This document shows, in pieces, positions 47,023 to 56,004 of a DNA stretch of 64,000 bases. The stretch comes from a virus. Its lineage: Duplodnaviria; Caudoviricetes. Every line of letters begins with the position of its first letter. The stretch's first letter is position 1. The position numbers were made by a program, and so were the translations under genes. The notes under the pieces are model-generated. The model worked only from the letters and a program-made list of their open reading frames with translations, was not told the origin of the DNA and did no database searches. The stretch spans positions 96,001 to 160,000 of the IMG/VR virus record IMGVR_UViG_3300047160_009226. One strand, given 5' to 3'.

Positions 47023-47700
47023 TTAAGAATTCGCTTGAGGCAATCGTCTCCACATGCGAGGACTCTCATCGTTGATTCTACTACGACGTGCTAACATGGC
47101 CTGCCAAACACGACGCTCACGCTGGTCCTGTTCGTACTCGGAATATTCACGCCAAACTGTCATGCACTTATCATTATAAAGCTTGCGGAGTCCATGATCT
47201 CGGATCTGTCTGATCCGTTCCCTCGTAAGCTTAAAGATGCGGCCAACCTCCATAAGCGTGTAAGTATCTCCAGTCTCAATACCATACAAGAGTCTAAGAA
47301 TAGTTGCCTCACGTTCCTGAACGAACCTCATCGCCTCGGTAAGTTTAGCCGCAATGGCTTGTCGCTCACTCTGCTCTTCATACTCTGTAAGCCAATAGTG
47401 CTTGTCAATCACATCCTCAGACCAGAGTGGAAAAGCACCGACCACAGGATCACGATGATATGCTTTGCCATATGCTATACTGATCTGCCATAGAGCGTGT
47501 TTAGCACACCAACTAGAAAGTTTGGTACGTTTGATGTTATTCGGATCGTAGGTACGGTAAGCAAAAAGTATACCATACCAAGCCTCCTGAATCAAATCAT
47601 TGATAGAGATAGATTGATAATACGTTGAAGCCTTGGCGCGTTTAGCTGCCCAGATCGCTAAACGACGGTGCTTGATCAAGAACTCCTGTTCAGTTTCCAC
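47023..47700 (-). CDS. RpoD/RpoS-like sigma-70 family factor (regions 2 and 4)
   Basis: DLIQEAWYGILFAYRTYDP..KLSSW; EREATILRLLYGI..TLMEVGRIFKLTRERIRQI..LRKL. Confidence 0.9.
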   Translation of the reverse strand: METEQEFLIKHRRLAIWAAKRAKASTYYQSISINDLIQEAWYGILFAYRTYDPNNIKRTKLSSWCAKHALWQISIAYGKAYHRDPVVGAFPLWSEDVIDKHYWLTEYEEQSERQAIAAKLTEAMRFVQEREATILRLLYGIETGDTYTLMEVGRIFKLTRERIRQIRDHGLRKLYNDKCMTVWREYSEYEQDQRERRVWQAMLARRSRINDESPRMWRRLPQANS

Positions 47701-47715
47701 AGTAAACTTACCCTA

Positions 47716-47982
47716 TCAGACATCCTGGCTCTTGGCGACGAGAGAATCAGGCATCTCAATCCGCAGTACTTCCTTCTTCTCTGGCTCAGCAGGAAAAAGA
47801 ACTGGCTCTACTCCAAGACGCTCGTTTAGAACGACACACATGTTGAGTCGAATGCTAATCGAACCCTCTTTATTCTTCCATGCGGCTCCGACATCCATCC
47901 ATCGTTCTGTTTTCTCATCCTTGATCTTCAACCTGTAGTCTGGCTTCCGGCCCGACATAATCTCTTTCTTCATTCTCATCAT
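47716..47982 (-). CDS. small conserved phage protein (W-x2-VGAAW motif, possibly nucleic-acid binding)
   Basis: KPDYRL..WMDVGAAWKNKEGSISIRLN. Confidence 0.6.
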   Translation of the reverse strand: MMRMKKEIMSGRKPDYRLKIKDEKTERWMDVGAAWKNKEGSISIRLNMCVVLNERLGVEPVLFPAEPEKKEVLRIEMPDSLVAKSQDV

Positions 47983-49415
47983 ACCACCAATAATTGTGAA
48001 AGTAGCGAATCGTCTGCCCTTGCCAATTCACCGACAAACCTGTATTCGGCTGGCATGTAAATAGAAAAGGGATCGATCAAACCAGCATCTCTCATCTTGA
48101 GATTACAGACGACGGCCTCTCTTTTCTGTCTGAGCGGCTGGTCCTGGTAAACAGTGAACAATGCATCGGCCGTCTTTTCCAATTCACTGGTATCAGCGAT
48201 GGCCTCCCTATCATATATACCCTGAGAGTCGGCCGCTTTCTTCTCCCCCACGCGATTTACTTGACAAGGCGTAATCACAGTGATCCCATAACCGTTGTCG
48301 AACTCCAGGGCTAGTTGTTTACACCGGCTAATATTCTCTGCAATACGCTCATTTCGTGAAAGACGGACTCCCTTTGGTGCTGAAAGTATATTAATGTAAT
48401 CGATCATAATCGCATCTAATGGATATTCACGATTAAAGACTTCTGCCTGTTGCTGAATATCCTCGATACTTGTGCGCCCAATTGGATTAAATACCTGAAT
48501 TGATCCATTAGCACTGTTAAGATCTGGAATCACCGTATTCAAGTAGAAGTCTGCGTCTTCCGTAGAAAGAGTGCCAAATTTAATCTGACTGTGTAAAAGT
48601 GGTTTCCTATTAAACTTGGGATCACAAGCATGAGAACAATAAAGCATTCTTAGAACTTTATCTTTACTCATTTCCAAAGAATAGAACAAGATGTTAAATC
48701 CAAGCAGTACTAGATGTCGTGCCCAGTTGATTATAAACGTACTCTTTCCATGCCCAGTCGCACCTGCCAGAATCCAAAGTTCCTTGTTATGTGCTCCTCC
48801 TGTAGCGTCATCTATCGAACTGATATTCGTCGTCATTCCATAAGAAAGTGCCGGATTTCTTGACTTTCGAATATAATCTTCAGTAAGCTCTTTCGCTCCT
48901 AGACGTAAATCCATCGGCATCTGATTCGGATTTAATTTCTGCTTAAGTTTTGTTGCTCCTGTGACAACATAATCAATGGCATCCCTAACGCCCTGCTTAA
49001 GTTCAGTATTGGCTCCTACTCTAGTTTTCACTCCCTCCTTCATAACCTGTGTCGTATCTTGGAGCAACTGAGAAAGTTCAGAGCCAACAAGGTCTCCGAT
49101 AAACCAACCAAATAAGCTCCGATAACTTGCTCCAAAAGTCTGAGTCTCTACTCCTACCTCTTTAATGTAAAGAATTAAATCTGTATTGAGGTCTACCTCG
49201 GCAAATTGAAGCAATGATGAGATAGATGGAGGTCCAGCCAGGTTTGATCTCTCATAAAACTGCTTAACCAAATCAAATGTGCTGCCCTCTACGGCCGAAA
49301 GACTCACGGATTCTATATTAGTATATCGATAATTCTCCAAGGCCTTAATTTCTTCGTCTGGAGTATTTGCGCAAAGTGATCTCAAAACCATCTTCGTCAG
49401 TGTCTTCTTATTCAT
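47979..49415 (-). CDS. dnaB: DnaB-like replicative helicase
   Basis: LAGATGHGKST, FYSLEMS, IMIDYI, QVNR and ELEKTAD motifs. Confidence 0.92.
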   Translation of the reverse strand: MNKKTLTKMVLRSLCANTPDEEIKALENYRYTNIESVSLSAVEGSTFDLVKQFYERSNLAGPPSISSLLQFAEVDLNTDLILYIKEVGVETQTFGASYRSLFGWFIGDLVGSELSQLLQDTTQVMKEGVKTRVGANTELKQGVRDAIDYVVTGATKLKQKLNPNQMPMDLRLGAKELTEDYIRKSRNPALSYGMTTNISSIDDATGGAHNKELWILAGATGHGKSTFIINWARHLVLLGFNILFYSLEMSKDKVLRMLYCSHACDPKFNRKPLLHSQIKFGTLSTEDADFYLNTVIPDLNSANGSIQVFNPIGRTSIEDIQQQAEVFNREYPLDAIMIDYINILSAPKGVRLSRNERIAENISRCKQLALEFDNGYGITVITPCQVNRVGEKKAADSQGIYDREAIADTSELEKTADALFTVYQDQPLRQKREAVVCNLKMRDAGLIDPFSIYMPAEYRFVGELARADDSLLSQLLVV

Positions 49416-50118
49416 AGGATTTCCATCTCAACTTCTCGTCATCTCGTTTGCGCCGTCTCGCTTCCTCTGGATCACCCAAGATTGGTGACGGTGCCTCGAA
49501 CTCGCCTATTCGACCGTTTGCGGGCCTTCCAACATCGTCTGTTGTCATCGGAGTGACTACAGAAACAGGCCCGGCTGTCTCTCCTTCCTCCTCTCCTAGA
49601 AGATCCAGTATGGGAAACATCTGAAGATTCATCAAGGCATCGCCCCATTGAGCTGCCATTGCTTCAAGAGTCTTTGGAATGATCAGCCAAAAATGATTCT
49701 CCGCACGATATCTAGTGAAGAGAGTCTCAACAATTAGTTCATGCAATTTCTTATTATGAGAATCGGTATATCCAAACTGCAAGTAGAACTGCTTGAACAC
49801 AGGGAATCCATCTCGATAGTTGTCGTTGTCAAAGTAATACTGAATCAGAGTAGTGCCGCTGAATACCTTATGTGGTCTTTTATCCAATTCCAACCGTGAC
49901 CGAACAACTCTATTTGCTGTATTATAATGTGCCAGAATGATCAACTGTTTCTCTTTAAGTTTATCTCCAAAAGATGTCAGAGGTAAAGAAACCACACTAG
50001 CAAAAAACTCCATTCGATAATGATCAAGTTCCTGCTCAGTTTCAGGAGTGCGTGCGTAGACTATCTTTTCTTTTCCGTTGACCACGATTTTTTTAGGGAT
50101 GTGAGTAATCTCATCCAT
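49408..50118 (-). CDS. hypothetical protein
   Basis: 236-aa ORF directly upstream of dnaB. Confidence 0.7.
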   Translation of the reverse strand: MDEITHIPKKIVVNGKEKIVYARTPETEQELDHYRMEFFASVVSLPLTSFGDKLKEKQLIILAHYNTANRVVRSRLELDKRPHKVFSGTTLIQYYFDNDNYRDGFPVFKQFYLQFGYTDSHNKKLHELIVETLFTRYRAENHFWLIIPKTLEAMAAQWGDALMNLQMFPILDLLGEEEGETAGPVSVVTPMTTDDVGRPANGRIGEFEAPSPILGDPEEARRRKRDDEKLRWKSYE

Positions 50119-50130
50119 ATACTTGATCTC

Positions 50131-51774
50131 CTACTGGGCGATTCGTAGCTTTCTCATCTTTCTTGCAACTTCTACTGACAAAGATCCAACAAACTCAGCC
50201 ACAGGCTCATTACTACTAAGTAATGTCTCAAACTGAAGTGTCTTCGGTCGAAGAATGCTCTCTACCAACTCATCTACAGAATTCTGCATGAGAAGATGCC
50301 AAACTCCCAAGTATCGGTGCTCCGACCCAAATCTACGGGCTCGACCCACTACCTGTACATACTGCCCAACCGTCCAAGGCATCGAGAAAAAAATAACATG
50401 CTTCGCTCTCTGTAGATTTAATGCTTCTCCTCCCGCATCCGTCATCAACATCAAATTGGATCGGCCCTCCTGAAAATCCAATCTAGCTTGATCTCGATCA
50501 GCCTGTTTCACAGATCCCGTAATCACCACCGGATTTTGATCGGCAAGCGCTGACTTCAAATGCCAAATCGAAGTCGAAAAAGGAGAGTATATAATAACAG
50601 GATCATCTTCAAGCTCATTACTAAGAAGATCTTTTAGCATGGCTAATTTAGTATTCTTTTCTTGGACAGCTTTATACTCCAATCGCTTATTTGTGTCTGT
50701 ATGAAAAACAGATGGAAAGCCATCAACTTCCAGTGGCAAGCTGATATCAATAAAGTGCTCTGGAGTTGATGCGGCAATCTGTGCATGAGCGAGTGCTGAA
50801 TTAGCAGCTATGACATCATTATCATAGTCAGCCAAAAATAAACCACGTTCTGCGTCAGCGTAGACCCTACGATGCAGTGACGACATGGTCTCCCGACGAC
50901 TCACCGTCTGTACCTCAGGACGCTCCAGATCCATCTCTGATTCTGGTGGAGAGAGATAAAGATGAGATACCCTTGCAGCAAAGTCCGGTAGATTCTTATA
51001 GCCCTCGATCGTCTTGATCGTAATGAACCGTCGTCCCCCTCCCTTTCCTGTACGCATGGGAACCTTTTTTAGTCCCTGAATCACATAGGTTCGATTAAAA
51101 AAGATCAAAGACATCGTCCCTGGATTTAACAGGTTCAAGATATGCAATGCATCATGTGCCTTATTCTTAATAAGAGTCGCCGTAAAACCGTGGATTCGTG
51201 GGACAATCTCAGAAAGCTGCTGTGTAATTTTATAAAGCTTGGACTTTGGATTCCTCACACGCTGGCACTCGTCCAAGATCACCCATGTACCCTCCTTCCA
51301 GAGATCCTGCGTCTCCAAAAAGAAGTCCCAGTCCCTCTGATACTGGCTCCAACTGAGACACAACATTGATCCCATACCAATCTTAATCCATTCCTGATAG
51401 TAACGCTCGCGTTCCCGGTTAGGAGCATCTTCGCTCGATGGTACCTCAGTGCACGGAACACCCGGTAGAAATCTGTGGCACTCGTCACACCACTGCGATA
51501 CAGCGGACTTGGTTGTTACAACCAATAACCTGGATGATCTTTGCTCACGAAAAATTCCCCAAGCATTCAGACCACAAATAGTTTTCCCAGATCCTGTCAC
51601 ATGACCTAACACGAACCGTTTCATCACCAATAGATGAGAAACAGCTACTCGCTGATACTTGCGGAGCGGAAACTCGGTATTCCAACTTGAAGGCACTGGC
51701 AGATTGGGATTATCCCTCTGATCCCGGATTTTCTGCAGGGCCTGTTGCGCATCAGAAACTACGATCATTCTCAA
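50131..51774 (-). CDS. SNF2/SF2 helicase
   Basis: TGSGKT, ILDECQ, TAT, AGGEALNLQ and QVVGRARR motifs. Confidence 0.9.
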   Translation of the reverse strand: MRMIVVSDAQQALQKIRDQRDNPNLPVPSSWNTEFPLRKYQRVAVSHLLVMKRFVLGHVTGSGKTICGLNAWGIFREQRSSRLLVVTTKSAVSQWCDECHRFLPGVPCTEVPSSEDAPNRERERYYQEWIKIGMGSMLCLSWSQYQRDWDFFLETQDLWKEGTWVILDECQRVRNPKSKLYKITQQLSEIVPRIHGFTATLIKNKAHDALHILNLLNPGTMSLIFFNRTYVIQGLKKVPMRTGKGGGRRFITIKTIEGYKNLPDFAARVSHLYLSPPESEMDLERPEVQTVSRRETMSSLHRRVYADAERGLFLADYDNDVIAANSALAHAQIAASTPEHFIDISLPLEVDGFPSVFHTDTNKRLEYKAVQEKNTKLAMLKDLLSNELEDDPVIIYSPFSTSIWHLKSALADQNPVVITGSVKQADRDQARLDFQEGRSNLMLMTDAGGEALNLQRAKHVIFFSMPWTVGQYVQVVGRARRFGSEHRYLGVWHLLMQNSVDELVESILRPKTLQFETLLSSNEPVAEFVGSLSVEVARKMRKLRIAQ

Positions 51775-51789
51775 CTCTCGTAGAGAATA

Positions 51790-52296
51790 TTAACTTTGAA
51801 AAAGAGACTTCAAATCTGGAATAATACCCAATAAAGTTCGTGTGTGTTGAGGTATCATGACTTCGTGTGAATCAAAAGCAATCTTAAGTCGATCAGATGA
51901 CCTCATACCACTGAGATTCATTTCCTTGATAACCTTATCAAGCCCATTTGGAATCGGAGTATCATTCCCATGGTTGAGATAAAAGTTTGGAGTGTCAAAC
52001 TCCTGAGAAACACGACCCCTTGGAACTGAATACGGTATCTTTTTGAGAGTCATAATCTGCTCTGAAGAGAGAGACCATTCTTCGCTAAGCTTAGGAACAA
52101 TATAACGACGCCAGAACCAATCATGAACCTTATCCTCGGGATAAAGTTCTTCAGGAAAGACATCAAGATCCCAACCGTTGGAAGTAGGAACCCAATAATA
52201 AGGGCCAGTCATTGGCCGTGCCGACTCCCTTAATGCAGCAAGTCGTTGAGCCAATCGATGAGTACGAGCTACACGGATTAAAGTAGACCTGTTCAT
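51790..52296 (-). CDS. hypothetical phage protein (H..W..PRGRV motif)
   Basis: 168-aa ORF with an Arg/Ala-rich N-terminal leader. Confidence 0.7.
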   Translation of the reverse strand: MNRSTLIRVARTHRLAQRLAALRESARPMTGPYYWVPTSNGWDLDVFPEELYPEDKVHDWFWRRYIVPKLSEEWSLSSEQIMTLKKIPYSVPRGRVSQEFDTPNFYLNHGNDTPIPNGLDKVIKEMNLSGMRSSDRLKIAFDSHEVMIPQHTRTLLGIIPDLKSLFQS

Positions 52297-52398
52297 TTCA
52301 TCTATCTCCCTTTATTACCCATAACTGTCGTAGCCCTTGATACAATCCTTTCTCATGGAATCTCGGAGATCATATTCAGTACTCGCCATAATCAACGA

Positions 52399-52932
52399 TT
52401 ATTCGACAATCATTGATGCCATACGACTATTGTACAGTTCAAGTCCTTTCTTAACCTCGTCTACGGAGAACCTCTTGAGTTCTCCCCCTGACCCTTCCAC
52501 TATAATCGGATATGGACTCACCATCGGACCCTCCTTATGCAACCTTTCCCCGACAATCTGGTACTTCGAACCATTACGCATAATCGTGCGACCCAAATCC
52601 GATGGCGATAGACCGTACTTAGTTGCAATCTCAATGAAATTGTTCTGAATAACGGAGTTCCCTGTCGGTTTAATCACATTCGATTGCGTCACATCTCCTG
52701 ACGCATGCACTTGAGTATAAAAACCATCGGTGCTCAAGGTCTGAACCACAATCCGTGCCTTTTCAGTAACCGAATGCGTGAGACCTGTACTCGCCACAAA
52801 CAAGTCAAACCTGATCGACGTCTCCCATCGGTCCTCGTCCTCATTCAATCCACACTCTATCTCCGTAATCGTCCAACGATTTCCCGTGACACTCAAGAAT
52901 ATGTCACCCACAACAATCGACTTCACAATCAC
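52399..52932 (-). CDS. two-domain hypothetical protein, paralog of 53009..53572
   Basis: Shares VGDxF..RWETS and KYGLxPxDLGR..YxIVG..PI..G with its neighbour. Confidence 0.75.
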   Translation of the reverse strand: MIVKSIVVGDIFLSVTGNRWTITEIECGLNEDEDRWETSIRFDLFVASTGLTHSVTEKARIVVQTLSTDGFYTQVHASGDVTQSNVIKPTGNSVIQNNFIEIATKYGLSPSDLGRTIMRNGSKYQIVGERLHKEGPMVSPYPIIVEGSGGELKRFSVDEVKKGLELYNSRMASMIVE

Positions 52933-52955
52933 GCCATTCCCCCCAAGAAAAAATG

Positions 52956-52995
52956 ATTCACGCCGACCATAGAACTATACCACGTCGGCGTGAAT
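52956..52995. terminator. 12-bp perfect inverted repeat (attcacgccgac-16nt-gtcggcgtgaat) flanked by T/A tracts; terminator- or operator-like
   Basis: Stem arms at 52956..52967 and 52984..52995; CATTTTTT follows on the minus strand. Confidence 0.5.
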
Positions 52996-53000
52996 TTTTC
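52974..53000 (-). promoter_or_regulatory. putative promoter GAAAAA-N15-TATAGT
   Basis: Minus strand reads ggGAAAAAttcacgccgacgtggTATAGT. Confidence 0.6.
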
Positions 53001-53008
53001 CCCTGGAT

Positions 53009-53572
53009 TTACACCAAACCAGCCTTCGCTTTCTCCGCAGTGATCTTATAGACACCACCACGCCTACCCTGAATCAGAATCGGCATCTTCCAGTTACGCG
53101 GTTTAGCACCGACGATCGTATAGTTCTTGGTACGATTCTTGCCAAGACTGATTTTGCGGCCCAGATCCGTCGGAGCCAAGCCGTACTTAGCTGCGTGTTG
53201 ACGGAAGTCGGCTTCCCATTGCCTACGCTTCTGATCAACCGATGGTGTAGAAGGAAGCGGCGCTCCAGCCAGAGGTCCGGTCGTCACAACCGAAGAAGGC
53301 GTTGTTGTTATACCATCTGAGGAAGTCGCTGCCTTCCTCACGCGTACAAAACCGCCTTCTTTCAGTCTCTGTACGAAGTCACGGCCCTTACTCGAGAGCT
53401 GAAGGTTATTTCCAGACCCGTAACTCGAATTCCATGCCACAGACGTCTCCCAACGATTGTCTACCATGCTGAATTCGAACCAGATCTTGACTACCTCCAG
53501 CGTGGTTGCAGAATCAGCACTCACAAATCGATCGCCCACCTCAACCGAAAGAACTGCAAGGATGTCAGCCAT
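53009..53572 (-). CDS. two-domain hypothetical protein, paralog of 52399..52932
   Basis: See neighbour; SD GGAGG; visibly GC-rich. Confidence 0.8.
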   Translation of the reverse strand: MADILAVLSVEVGDRFVSADSATTLEVVKIWFEFSMVDNRWETSVAWNSSYGSGNNLQLSSKGRDFVQRLKEGGFVRVRKAATSSDGITTTPSSVVTTGPLAGAPLPSTPSVDQKRRQWEADFRQHAAKYGLAPTDLGRKISLGKNRTKNYTIVGAKPRNWKMPILIQGRRGGVYKITAEKAKAGLV

Positions 53573-53591
53573 TGATCGTCACCTCCATGTT

Positions 53592-53618
53592 ACTATACTC
53601 GCCCATCCGTGGTTTTTC
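53592..53618 (-). promoter_or_regulatory. putative promoter GAAAAA-N15-TATAGT
   Basis: Minus strand reads gcGAAAAAccacggatgggcgagTATAGTaacatGGAGG. Confidence 0.65.
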
Positions 53619-53627
53619 GCATAAATT

Positions 53628-56000
53628 CTAAAGATCGCATCCTGGACCCGTACAAGCCACTTGAGCGGAGAGTGTTGTCTCGTCTTCTTCCTCGTAGAGT
53701 AAAATTCGTGACCAGTCAATCTCCGTCGGCATGACTTTCGCACGCTGAGTATATTCCTGCTCAGTAATCGTTTGATAAGGGGCCAATGGATAAACTGCGT
53801 TATCAAATGGATAGAACGAAATTCCACCTACAATATCCCAGTTCTCATAGACCCAGTTGCCTGCCTCGATCCACTCATGATCCTTGACACTAACCGTTAT
53901 ACTTGGATTGTGCTCTGTAAAATTGACTTTCCAAGTCTTCCAGTCCTCTAATTGTTCAACGGCTGTCATATCGCCAAGAATAATGGTATTATCAGGGGCT
54001 CTACACGGAAATTCAAACACACACATTCCTGTCTTATCATAATCGAACTGCCATGGAATCTTAGCGTCTTTTAATACCTTAGCAATAGGATTGGTTTCCT
54101 CAAACCGAAGACGTCTGATGTAGAACCTTCCGTGATGCGGTTTAAATCTGGCCGGCTTATCAAAGAATACGCTCGAATCTCCGGACGGTTTTCCACAAGT
54201 AAGAGCCGCTCCAGGCTTAATTCCAATTCTCTGTGCCCAATAAACGTTAGTTTCCTGAACTTTCTTCAAAAGTCTCCGAAGGATCTCTTCTCGTCCCGAT
54301 ACTCCTGGCTTCAAAAGTTTACAATCCATATGCCCAAGAATATCTACCCCGAGTAAAGCCTCATCTTCACAATTAAATTTCCATTCAGAACTAAGATATC
54401 TAAAATTAGTCATGCTTGCCTGAATAGTGCCCCAAATCGTCGCAATCTCAACCTTCTTCTCAATTTCCTCATAAGTATCATCAACTTCAACAATCGCGAT
54501 ACTAAGGTTACAAAATTCTTTATGTCTAAGAATAATTTCACCACATGGATTTGTTCCTAGTACATGTTCACGTGCTCTCCTAACTGGCATCTGATAATTT
54601 AACCCACCACGATTAAAAATCCCACGCTCTCCTGATCCGGATTTCGCCAATGCCATCCATTCGTCCATAAAGTCCACAGAAGTCGGCTTCTCTTCATATG
54701 CCGTTGAGTTATTAGTTTGATTCCTCCAAGGATGGGTGTTAAAAAACTCTCCCTTCTTCGCATCACGCATCAATAGATCATCTTTATCAGATAAAGAAAG
54801 ACCTGATGCCCGTCTCACTCCACCCATCTGACCGATCCGATGCAACATGCATGTCATATCCAAAAGATCAATACTTCGTAAGCGCTTCTTCTGTCTCCTA
54901 AAAACCAAGTCACGGTCAAAATTCAATAAGTCACGCAATGGGAGTGGGCCACTCGCCCGTCCTCCTTTAGTTCTCAAAATAGAACCTGCTGGCCTGATCT
55001 GTGACAAATCAAAATTTACATCAGCTCCATCCATCCAATGGTGAAGGCCAAATTTCAGTGCATCACACCAAGCCTCGGTATCGTCTTCGACCGTATAATC
55101 AACAGGATCGCAATCTCTCTTGGCATGAATTCTCGGCCACTTGTCAACGGCATATTCTTCTTCAACAGAGAATCCAAAACCTACACCTTGCATTAAAAGA
55201 TAAAGATCTTCCGTCATCAATTCAGGACTGTCCATTAAACCAAATGCGCAATTATAAATTCCAGACTGACATCGTTCCAATGCCGGTCCTGCCATTTGAA
55301 TTCCACGCATGCTGCCCGTTGCCTTGTGATGCAACAAGTAGTCATGCATAATTGCCCATGTCTCTTCTGAAACAGATCCAGGTGCAATCTTAGTGATATG
55401 ACTACGATAATAATCTATTACTCGTTTGCAGGATTCAGGCCAGATCTCTCGTCTCTTGGGTGTAAAGTCACGACGAAACCGAGAGAACTTATCAAACGCC
55501 TGAACTTCCTGAAGAAGCCTATTCTTCCCGGTAAATGTATCACATCCCTTCTTAAAAAAGTCTCTCATCTCAGGTGAGATACCTTTAGATTCTTCTCTAA
55601 TACGTCTTCGCTCATCTCTATAGAGAATGTAATGCTTGGCTGCTTCAAATTGCCCAAGTGCCATTAACTGGGCTTCAACAATATCCTGAATCGCTTCTAT
55701 TCCAATTTCTGCCAGGTGGCCGTTCTCACCAAACTGAAGCGCTTTCAATCTCAGAATTGTATCCACTTGATCAGTAACAATCTCAGGAGTCATTCCTCCA
55801 ATTCTTTCTGCCACACTTTCAAAACACATTCCCACGGCTCGAAGAATCTTATTTCTATCATAAGGTACAATATGCCCCTCTCGCTTCACTACTCTCATCA
55901 GATTAGGATCAGCCAAAGTCAATAGAGCAGCGTCTGATTCACTGTGATTCTTGTTGTTTCCGTTAGTGAGCTTGTTCGTAAGAGCAGAAACCAGCGCCAT
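53628..56000 (-). CDS. nrdJ: class II (adenosylcobalamin-dependent) ribonucleotide reductase with an N-terminal ATP cone
   Basis: ATP cone RVVKREG..EAAKHYILYR; YNCAF, GGVRRAS, GTNPCGEI, KPSG and C-terminal ACTGPGC. Likely start is ATG 56000 (AGGAG SD). Confidence 0.92.
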   Translation of the reverse strand: MALVSALTNKLTNGNNKNHSESDAALLTLADPNLMRVVKREGHIVPYDRNKILRAVGMCFESVAERIGGMTPEIVTDQVDTILRLKALQFGENGHLAEIGIEAIQDIVEAQLMALGQFEAAKHYILYRDERRRIREESKGISPEMRDFFKKGCDTFTGKNRLLQEVQAFDKFSRFRRDFTPKRREIWPESCKRVIDYYRSHITKIAPGSVSEETWAIMHDYLLHHKATGSMRGIQMAGPALERCQSGIYNCAFGLMDSPELMTEDLYLLMQGVGFGFSVEEEYAVDKWPRIHAKRDCDPVDYTVEDDTEAWCDALKFGLHHWMDGADVNFDLSQIRPAGSILRTKGGRASGPLPLRDLLNFDRDLVFRRQKKRLRSIDLLDMTCMLHRIGQMGGVRRASGLSLSDKDDLLMRDAKKGEFFNTHPWRNQTNNSTAYEEKPTSVDFMDEWMALAKSGSGERGIFNRGGLNYQMPVRRAREHVLGTNPCGEIILRHKEFCNLSIAIVEVDDTYEEIEKKVEIATIWGTIQASMTNFRYLSSEWKFNCEDEALLGVDILGHMDCKLLKPGVSGREEILRRLLKKVQETNVYWAQRIGIKPGAALTCGKPSGDSSVFFDKPARFKPHHGRFYIRRLRFEETNPIAKVLKDAKIPWQFDYDKTGMCVFEFPCRAPDNTIILGDMTAVEQLEDWKTWKVNFTEHNPSITVSVKDHEWIEAGNWVYENWDIVGGISFYPFDNAVYPLAPYQTITEQEYTQRAKVMPTEIDWSRILLYEEEDETTLSAQVACTGPGCDL

Positions 56001-56004
56001 GAGA

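Noticed and set aside
52956-52995. N4-type virion RNA polymerase hairpin promoter
   Set aside because: The loop is 16 nt rather than 3 nt, and no virion RNA polymerase is in the window.
53579-53827. 82-aa minus-strand ORF
   Set aside because: It overlaps the nrdJ 3' end in another frame and runs over the promoter motif.
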